A DNA stretch of 32,000 bases from Horticoccus luteus (GTDB taxonomy: Bacteria > Verrucomicrobiota > Verrucomicrobiia > Opitutales > Opitutaceae): positions 120,001 to 152,000 of the forward strand of contig NZ_CP080507.1 of NCBI RefSeq assembly GCF_019464535.1. The letters are read 5' to 3'. Position 1 is the first letter of the stretch; every line of letters starts with the position of its first letter. The notes under the pieces are model-generated. The model was not told where the DNA came from. It saw nothing but the letters and a program-made list of their open reading frames with translations, and ran no database searches. Positions 24,329 through 31,276 of the stretch are shown one piece after another. A program made the translations under genes and the position numbers.

Positions 24329-25363
24329 ATGAAGACAACCAGCCACTCCTCCTTCTCTCTCGCTGACGTCGTCGCCGCGCGGCGGCGCATCGCGGGAGGG
24401 CTGCGACTCACGCCGTGCGCCTTGGCGCCGGCCTTTGCGCGGGAGCTGGGGATTTCGATCTGGTTGAAGCGGGAAGATCTGCAGCGGACGGGCTCGTTCA
24501 AGGAGCGCGGGGCGCGGCACGCGTTGTGGTGTTTAACGGAAGCGGAGAAGGCGCGCGGGGTGGTGGCGGCTTCGGCGGGCAATCACGCGCTGGGGCTCGC
24601 GTTTCACGGGCAGCAGCTCGGCGTGCGCGTGACGGTGGTGATGCCGGCGGGGGCGTCGGCGGTGAAGGTGACGCGTTGCCGGCAACTGGGCGCGGACGTC
24701 GTGTTGCACGGAGCGAACTTCGATGCGGCGCAAACGCACGCGGTGGCGCGGGCGGCGGCGGGCGGCGCGGTGCTCGTGCCGCCGTTCGACGACGAGCGGG
24801 TGATCGCGGGGCAAGGGACGCTGGCGCTGGAGATGATGGAGCAGGTGCAGGCGTTTGACACGGTGGTGGTGCCGGTGGGTGGCGGCGGTTTGCTGGCGGG
24901 CGTGGCGACGGCGATCAAGGCGTTGCGGCCGGACGTGAAGGTGGTGGCGGTCGAGCCGGAGCGAGCGGCGGGATTCAGCGCGGCGTGGCGGGCGGGAGCG
25001 CCGGTGCGGATCGCGACGGCGCCGACGCTGGCCGACGGGCTGGCGGTGGCGCGCGTGGGCGAAGTGGCGTTTGCGGTGGCGCGGTCGCGCGTGGACGACG
25101 TCGTGACGGTGAGCGAGCAGGAGTTGGCCAACGCGATCGGCTGGCTGGCGCGAAGCGCGGGCGTCGTGGCGGAAGGCGCGGGGGCGGCGGCGCTGGCGGC
25201 GGTGATGGCGGGAAAAGTGCGGACGCGCGTAGTGATCGTGCCGGTGACGGGCCGCAACGTGGATCCCAGGGCGCATGCGCGCGCGGTGGCGGCAGGCGGC
25301 GCGTGCGAAGGGATCGCGGCGGCGAATCAGGCGCGGGCCACGAGGAGGCTGATGATTTCGTAG
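24329..25363 (+). CDS. ilvA: Threonine ammonia-lyase (threonine dehydratase), short form without a C-terminal regulatory domain
   Basis: 344 aa. PLP-lysine motif TGSFKERGA, SAGNHA, glycine loop PVGGGGLLAG. The length leaves no room for ACT-like regulatory domains. The ilvA assignment is supported by the Ile leader upstream. Confidence 0.8.
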   Translation: MKTTSHSSFSLADVVAARRRIAGGLRLTPCALAPAFARELGISIWLKREDLQRTGSFKERGARHALWCLTEAEKARGVVAASAGNHALGLAFHGQQLGVRVTVVMPAGASAVKVTRCRQLGADVVLHGANFDAAQTHAVARAAAGGAVLVPPFDDERVIAGQGTLALEMMEQVQAFDTVVVPVGGGGLLAGVATAIKALRPDVKVVAVEPERAAGFSAAWRAGAPVRIATAPTLADGLAVARVGEVAFAVARSRVDDVVTVSEQELANAIGWLARSAGVVAEGAGAAALAAVMAGKVRTRVVIVPVTGRNVDPRAHARAVAAGGACEGIAAANQARATRRLMIS

Positions 25364-28300
25364 GGCGCGAAAGGCAGGTGGTTCGCGCGCAGGGCGGCGC
25401 GCGTCAGCGGGCGGTCGAGAAGATCGACTTTGCGTGCGGTCCAGCCGTCGGCGAGTTGCAATCGCGCGGTGCCGCGCTGGCCGCCCACTTCATGAAGGCG
25501 GAGGATCCAGCGATCGCGGTCGATCGGCCGTGCCCAACACGGGATGAGCGTGTCGCCGCCGTCGAGGCCATGGAACGCACTCGTGTGGGGCGCGCCCGTG
25601 TAGCGCACGGGCGGCGTGAACAGCGTGTCGGCGAGCGCGGCGGGTTGCTCGGCGCGGGGCGCGGCGGCGCGATAGGCGCCGAGCGCGAGTTCGATGACGT
25701 GACGCCCCTGATCGGTGAAGCGCGAGGCTGGTTGCGGGAGGCGGCTGAGGTGAGCTTGATACGCTTTCGCGTGATCCTCGTAGCCGACGTGAAGAGGGCT
25801 GCGCACGAGGGAAACGCCGAGATTGCCGTCGCGGCAGTTCACGCCGTATTTCGCTTCGGTGACGACGAAGAGACCTTCGGTTTCGGCATCGGCAAACACC
25901 GCGGCCCAACGGCTCATCGGCGTTTCCCACATGGCTTCGGCCTGCGGATGCGTCAAAAGTTGCGGACGGAGAATGCTGCCCATCGGGCCGCCGCAGCGCA
26001 TTTCGCGCGCGGCGTAGCGGGTGGGGAGGTGCCAGCGAAGCATCGTGTCCTCCTCGTGCCAATCGAGGTCGATCGTGAGGCGGAGGACGCTGGCGGCGGG
26101 TTCAAGCCAGTAGCGGAGCGCGATGGTGCTGGCGCGGCCGAGGCGGCGGCGGACGACGAGGGCGTCGCCGTCGAGCTCGAGCGTGGCGGGGGTGCGCACG
26201 GGTTGGCCGAGCGAGAACGAATGGCGATCGATGTCCCACGGGCCGAAGTTGGCGGGCTGTTCTGGATACAGGACGAGTTCGGCGGGGGCGGAGAAATCGA
26301 CGGCGCGGCCATCGATGGTCAACGCAGCGAGGCGGCCGCTGCGGTCGAGGCGCGCGGTGACGCGGCCGTTGGTGAGCGAGCGGCCGGAGGCGGCGACCGG
26401 TGGCGCGGCGATCGCAGCGGCGTCGGCGAGACGGACGCCGGCGAGGGGCGGCAGGGGCACCACGCGACCGTCGAGGACGCAGGTGCGCGCGAGCGGGAGC
26501 GGGTTGAACACGCAGGCGGCGGACGCCGCGGCGGAGGAAGGTTTGCGGGACGGCGGCGGGGCGAGCGAGGCGACGGCGGCGGCGGATTGTTGCGCGGTGA
26601 GGTGGGCGAGTTCGGGGAGGCCTTCGGCGTAAACCTCCGGAATGCCGCTGCCGGGAATGAAGTCGTGGAACTGCGCGAACACCATGCGTTGCCACGCGTG
26701 ATCGAGGGCGGCATCCGGCGCGTGGTGGGTGACGACGAGAGCGGCTTCGCGCGTTTGGAGGGCGCGTTCGAGCGCGCGGAAGGCGGACTTCACGGGGCTC
26801 TGCGTCGTGTAGGTGCCGCGGTGATATTCGAGGTAGATCTCGCCGTCGTGGATCGGAAGGCGCGCGCGGGTGGGAGCGAGGCGGTCGAAGAAGGCTTCGG
26901 GTTGATCCCACTGCAGCGCGGGGAGGCCGCGCAGGGCGTTGAGGCGGCGGGCGCGTTCGCACATGTCGGCGGAAGGGCCGCCGCCGCCGTCGCCCCAGCC
27001 GGTGGGCAGGAGCACCTCGGGATGCAGGTCGCCTTGGTAATTGCCGCGGGTGGCGGCGCGGACCTGCGCGACGGTGACGGCGTTGTTGAACTGCACGCCT
27101 TGGGTGACGTGGCTGAGGACGGCGTGGCCGCCGGGTCCGCGCCAGACAAAGCTGGAGTGCGGGAAGCGGTTGGTGGTGTTCCACGTGGTCTTGGTCGTGA
27201 AAAAATAGTCCACACCGCAGAGGCGCATGAGTTGCGGGAGGCAGGCGGCGAAGCCGAACAGGTCGGGGAGCCAGAGCACGCGGGAGTGCCGGCCGGAGAG
27301 CTGCCGGAAGGCCTCCTGGCCGAGGGTGAACGTGCGCACGAGACCTTCGCCGCAGGGGAGGTTGGAATCGCTTTCGACATACATGCCGCCGGTGGCTTCC
27401 CACTGGCCGGAGTGCAGGCGCTGGCGAACGGCGGCGAGGAGGGCGGGGGCGCGGCGGCCGACGGCCTCGTAACTCATGGGCTGGGAGTAGGCGAAACGGA
27501 ATTCCGGATACTGCGCCATGAGGCGGTTGGCGTTGGCGAAGGTGTGCACGGCCTTGCCCTCGCCGATGTGTTCGGGCCAGAGCCAGACGAGGTCGAGGTG
27601 CGAGTGGCCGGTGAGCGCGGCGGAGGCGAGCGGCGCGGGATCGCGGAGTTCGCGATAAACCCGCGCCAGGCCGCGGCGAAGCGCGGCGACGTCGCCGGAT
27701 TCAAAGGCATCGAGGGCGAGGTCGACGCCGCGCAGCAGGCGGCGATAGAGCGGCGAGACGTCGGCGAGCGGCGCCTGCGCGGTCATGGCGTTGAGGGCGG
27801 GCGCCACGCCGGGATGCTCCTTGGCGCGAAGGTCGAGCATCCATTCGTAGAGGCAGTTGAGATCGTGATACGCACCCCACGCTTCGTCGTGGCGGGTGAG
27901 AAGCTGCGCGCCGCGGAAGAGATTTCCGGCGGGCGTGAGGCCCTGCGCGTCGGGATGCCAGATGGCGGCCTGCACGCAGAGGCACTCGAGCCAGAGCTCG
28001 TGCGCCCCGGAAGGGAGTTCGCAGTGGCGGTGCGCGACGTCGAAACCGAAGTAGGGCAGGCCGTCGACGTAGAGGGTGGCTTCCCCCTGTTCGTCCCAAT
28101 GCAGCCAGCGGGAGGCGGGGCGGGCGTTACGTGGAGCGGCGGGCAGGATGATGCGGCACCAGCGTTGATCGTAGAGGCGGCCCCACGCGGTGCCGGGGCG
28201 GACGGCGCGGCGGGGGAGTTTTTGCGCGGCCGGGAGAGAGAGGGGGCGCGGATGCGCGGCGGTGGCCTCGACGGAGAGCGGTTGTGGATTGCTCCAGATG

Positions 28301-28374
28301 AGGTCTTGGAGGCGCAAGACGCCGCGTTGGGTGCGGAGCGGGGTGAGGTGAAGAGCCGGGTTGGGGGGCAGCAT
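25327..28374 (-). CDS. Glycoside hydrolase family 38 alpha-mannosidase
   Basis: I prefer the ATG at 28374 (MLPPNPAL); the track uses the TTG at 28437. LTGHSHLDLVWLWP, VLWLPDLFGF and IYLEYHRGTYTTQ are GH38 catalytic-domain motifs. No signal peptide. The 3' end overlaps the ilvA 3' end by 37 nt (convergent). Confidence 0.9.
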   Translation of the reverse strand: MLPPNPALHLTPLRTQRGVLRLQDLIWSNPQPLSVEATAAHPRPLSLPAAQKLPRRAVRPGTAWGRLYDQRWCRIILPAAPRNARPASRWLHWDEQGEATLYVDGLPYFGFDVAHRHCELPSGAHELWLECLCVQAAIWHPDAQGLTPAGNLFRGAQLLTRHDEAWGAYHDLNCLYEWMLDLRAKEHPGVAPALNAMTAQAPLADVSPLYRRLLRGVDLALDAFESGDVAALRRGLARVYRELRDPAPLASAALTGHSHLDLVWLWPEHIGEGKAVHTFANANRLMAQYPEFRFAYSQPMSYEAVGRRAPALLAAVRQRLHSGQWEATGGMYVESDSNLPCGEGLVRTFTLGQEAFRQLSGRHSRVLWLPDLFGFAACLPQLMRLCGVDYFFTTKTTWNTTNRFPHSSFVWRGPGGHAVLSHVTQGVQFNNAVTVAQVRAATRGNYQGDLHPEVLLPTGWGDGGGGPSADMCERARRLNALRGLPALQWDQPEAFFDRLAPTRARLPIHDGEIYLEYHRGTYTTQSPVKSAFRALERALQTREAALVVTHHAPDAALDHAWQRMVFAQFHDFIPGSGIPEVYAEGLPELAHLTAQQSAAAVASLAPPPSRKPSSAAASAACVFNPLPLARTCVLDGRVVPLPPLAGVRLADAAAIAAPPVAASGRSLTNGRVTARLDRSGRLAALTIDGRAVDFSAPAELVLYPEQPANFGPWDIDRHSFSLGQPVRTPATLELDGDALVVRRRLGRASTIALRYWLEPAASVLRLTIDLDWHEEDTMLRWHLPTRYAAREMRCGGPMGSILRPQLLTHPQAEAMWETPMSRWAAVFADAETEGLFVVTEAKYGVNCRDGNLGVSLVRSPLHVGYEDHAKAYQAHLSRLPQPASRFTDQGRHVIELALGAYRAAAPRAEQPAALADTLFTPPVRYTGAPHTSAFHGLDGGDTLIPCWARPIDRDRWILRLHEVGGQRGTARLQLADGWTARKVDLLDRPLTRAALRANHLPFAPYEIISLLVARA

Positions 28375-28935
28375 CGCGGCGGCACGCTCGCGGGACGAGC
28401 GGTGGGGGGCAAATGTTTCCTGACGTCGGGCGGGCAAGCCCTGATCCCGGCCAGTCGGACGAGGAGAGCGGACGACGAAGTCGCGCCGCCGACTGCGCCG
28501 TCTGCGCCGGCAAAATCGGCGGTGGCGCAGCGGTCCCGTTGGCGGAGAGCACCTCGGTGGCGGTCGCGGACGCTACCGGGTGTTTCGACTCTGAGTCCAT
28601 TTCGGTTACTCGCCGCTGAAGCATGTCGTTGGCCTCGACCCGCCCACTTCCTTCGCCAAGCTCGACGGTTAACAAATGCGAATGTTCAAAATCCACGTCG
28701 GCTCGACCGCTTGGGGGCTGCGCTTTCCCCGCGACCGAGCGGCTCTTATCTTGGCCGACTGGGATGCAGTTGGGCGTCGACAGAACACTTTCTGCCCAGA
28801 GCGGATGATGCGCCGTTGGTGGTTCGACGGCCAATAAGGGACGCCCTCGCAGTCGTGTCTTCCAACGATAACCTTCCGCTCTCGCTTGCCGGTCATCCTG
28901 ATGACGAAAGGCCCGTCCAACACCGCGTCTTAGGG

Positions 28936-30474
28936 ATGCGACGATCTCCAGTTCTCCGCGGGCTGGTCTTCGCTGGTGCTTCGGCGGTGGCGGTGAGTTT
29001 CCCGCTCGCGCTCGGCCGATTTCTCTGGCCGCAAGGATTGAGCGCCGGGGCCGAGTTCATTTTCTGGCCCGCCTCGGGCGTCAACGTCGCCGGGCTCCTC
29101 ATCCTCGGCTGGCGCTACTGGCCGGCGATTCTGTGCGGCATTCTGCCCGCGTGGCTTTTCTTCGACCAATCGCTGGCGCATTCCGCCCTCGGTGCTGCGG
29201 GCAACATCATGGAGGCGCTCGCGTGCTGGTGGATCCTGCATCGCTTTGGGCATTTTGACGGACGATTCGACCGCGTGCGGGCGGTCATTGCGTTGTGCGG
29301 GGCGGCGTTGTTGGCGCCGTTCATCTGCTCGCTCACGGTTCCTGCCTACCTCGTTTTGAACGGCACTTATCCGCGCGCTGAATTTCTCCAGGCGATCAGT
29401 AATTGGAATCTCGCCAACGGGGCCGCCATCCTCGTGCTCACCCCGTTTCTGCTCGCGCTGCGGCAACGCGTTTGGACCTGCCGCGAGCGTCCATTGGAAA
29501 CGCTGGCGTGGATCGGCGCCGGCGTGGGGCTCGGGTTGTTCGCCTTCAACGCCGTATTTCGATTCCACGGCGAAAACTACGCTTTCCTGGTGTTCCCCTT
29601 TGTCATTTTCGCCGCCACCCGCTTCGACCCGCCCGAGACCACCGTGGCCCTCGTCCTCGTGCTGGCCACGATCTACGGGGCACTGGTCGTTGCGGCGGGT
29701 GCTCTCCCCGCGGGAGACGTGCCCGCCATCGCGTGGTTCACGCAGGCGTTTCTCTGGGTGCTCGCCGCCACCGGTCTGAGCATGGCCGCGCTGACCGCCG
29801 AGCGCCGCCAGTCCGACCACCGGGCGCACATCGAGCAAACGCGTTCGCTCGAAGCCTCGCTGCGGGAAGCCCGCGCCCGGCTCGATTCTCTCCGTTATCA
29901 AGTCAACCCCCACTTTCTCTTCAACACCCTCAACTCGATCCGCTCGCTCACCCTCACCGAACCGTCCAAGGCGCGTGATCTCATCTCGCACCTCGCCTCG
30001 TTTTGTCGGCGAGCGCTCGCGCCCGCCACCGAGCCGCTCATCCCGTTGCACGAAGAATGGACCGCGCTGACGGATTATCTCGCCATGGAAAAAGCGCGCT
30101 GGGAGTCGCGTCTGCAAATCGAGACCCAACTCGACCCGGCGCTCGCCGGCGTGCGCGTGCCGCCGTTGTTGCTCCAGCCGCTCGTCGAGAACGCCGTCAA
30201 ATATGGCCAGCGAACGACGCCGCTCGGCGTGCTCCATCTGCACGTGACCGCAGCCCGCGAAGACTCGACGCTCGTGATCCTCGTGGCCAACACCGGCCGT
30301 TGGGTGCAGCCCGTCGCCACGCCTGACCACACTTCGACGTTGGTCGGCCTCAACAATGTCCGCGCGCGCCTCGCCGTTTGTTATTCGACCCAGGCCTCGC
30401 TGACCTTCACGGAGGAGCCGGGCTGGGTTCGCGCCACGCTCCGCATTCCCTTCCACACGCTCTCCGCCTCCTGA
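28936..30474 (+). CDS. Sensor histidine kinase: MASE1-like membrane domain plus LytS/AlgZ-type His_kinase and ATPase domains
   Basis: This is the last 512 codons of the 1829-aa track ORF, starting at the ATG at 28936 (MRRSPVLRGLVF). The membrane part FWPASGVNVAGLLILGWRYWPAILCG is MASE1-like. YQVNPHFLFNTLNSI is the LytS-family phospho-His box. LLLQPLVENAVKYG is the N-box. Confidence 0.85.
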   Translation: MRRSPVLRGLVFAGASAVAVSFPLALGRFLWPQGLSAGAEFIFWPASGVNVAGLLILGWRYWPAILCGILPAWLFFDQSLAHSALGAAGNIMEALACWWILHRFGHFDGRFDRVRAVIALCGAALLAPFICSLTVPAYLVLNGTYPRAEFLQAISNWNLANGAAILVLTPFLLALRQRVWTCRERPLETLAWIGAGVGLGLFAFNAVFRFHGENYAFLVFPFVIFAATRFDPPETTVALVLVLATIYGALVVAAGALPAGDVPAIAWFTQAFLWVLAATGLSMAALTAERRQSDHRAHIEQTRSLEASLREARARLDSLRYQVNPHFLFNTLNSIRSLTLTEPSKARDLISHLASFCRRALAPATEPLIPLHEEWTALTDYLAMEKARWESRLQIETQLDPALAGVRVPPLLLQPLVENAVKYGQRTTPLGVLHLHVTAAREDSTLVILVANTGRWVQPVATPDHTSTLVGLNNVRARLAVCYSTQASLTFTEEPGWVRATLRIPFHTLSAS

Positions 30475-30480
30475 CCAGCC

Positions 30481-31179
30481 GTGCCCCCGACCGCCCTGAT
30501 CGTCGATGACGAAGCGCCCGCCCGGCGCGAGTTGTCCTTCCTGCTCAAAGCCCATCCGCACATCAACGTGGTCGCCGAAGCGGCCACGCTCGCCGAAGCC
30601 CGCGCCGCGCTGCAAGAGCACGCCCCTGACCTTGTATTTCTCGACATTCACCTCATGGGCGAAAACGGGTTCGATCTCGCCCCCGACATCCGATCCGCCA
30701 CCCGGGTCATCTTTGTCACCGCCGACGACACCGCCGCGCTCCGGGCCTTCCGCGTTAATGCCCTGCACTACCTCCTCAAGCCGATCAGTCCTGCCATGCT
30801 GGCCGACGCCATCGACCGGCTCTCTCCGCTGCGACTGAACGAGCCGCCCGACGACGAACGCGTCCTGCTGCGCTCGAGCGGAGCCCGGCGCTTTGTCCAC
30901 CCCAGCGAAATCATCGTCCTCGAGGCCGTCGGCGCCTACACCCGCGTTTATCTCACGGATGGCACCCGTCCGCTGGTGCTTCGTTCGCTCAAATCATGGC
31001 ACGAGACATTGCCGCCGCCCGCTTTTTTGCGCATTCATCGCAACGCCATCGTCAACCTCGCCCGTGTTCAGTCCGTGAGCCAAAACCGCGTCGTTGAGCT
31101 CGCTCCCGGCGCGCTGCGCTTCGAAGCCAGTCGACGCGAAATTTCCGCCCTCCGCGCCCGACTCGCCGGCGAACGATAG
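30481..31179 (+). CDS. LytTR/AlgR-family response regulator
   Basis: GTG start. Receiver domain ALIVDDE ... DLVFLDIHLMGENGF ... LLKP. C-terminal LytTR domain IIVLEAVGAYTRVYLTDG ... FLRIHRNAIVNL. Confidence 0.9.
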   Translation: MPPTALIVDDEAPARRELSFLLKAHPHINVVAEAATLAEARAALQEHAPDLVFLDIHLMGENGFDLAPDIRSATRVIFVTADDTAALRAFRVNALHYLLKPISPAMLADAIDRLSPLRLNEPPDDERVLLRSSGARRFVHPSEIIVLEAVGAYTRVYLTDGTRPLVLRSLKSWHETLPPPAFLRIHRNAIVNLARVQSVSQNRVVELAPGALRFEASRREISALRARLAGER

Positions 31180-31198
31180 ACCGGAGGCGGAGCGTTCC

Positions 31199-31248
31199 TC
31201 CGTTCGTGCAGAATCCGATACCGTTCATGCAGCTCGCATCGCGTTCGT
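31199..31248 (+). promoter_or_regulatory. Three phased LytTR/AlgR-type 9-mers upstream of the TPS-domain gene
   Basis: TCCGTTCGT (31199-31207) and ACCGTTCAT (31220-31228) both fit [TA][AC][CA]GTTN[AG][TG] exactly, with a 12-nt spacer. CGCGTTCGT (31240-31248) is a partial match with an 11-nt spacer. CCGTTCGTG matches the AlgR 9-mer CCGTTCGTC at 8/9 positions. Confidence 0.55.
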
Positions 31249-31276
31249 TTTCGCAGCCATCAGGTTCCGCTACGAA

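Noticed and set aside
25327-25363. 37-nt overlap of the convergent 3' ends of ilvA and the GH38 gene.
   Set aside because: It is real in the sequence, but such tail-to-tail overlaps are common in compact high-GC genomes. I have no evidence of antisense regulation.
28669-28923. 84-aa minus-strand ORF, overlapping 53-aa plus-strand ORF (28676-28837), and track ORFs 28413..28619 and 28623..28808 in the GH38/kinase gap.
   Set aside because: They are mutually exclusive and have weak third-position GC compared with real genes here. The only resemblance is faint, by-eye similarity to AbrB/MazE or DUF497. I report this as a region worth checking, not as genes.
24985-28935. The first ~1300 codons of the 1829-aa plus-strand ORF 24985..30474.
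   Set aside because: Only the last 512 codons (from the ATG at 28936) look like a protein, the MASE1/LytS kinase. The upstream part is G/A/R/E-rich and overlaps ilvA and the antisense of GH38, so I truncated the call.
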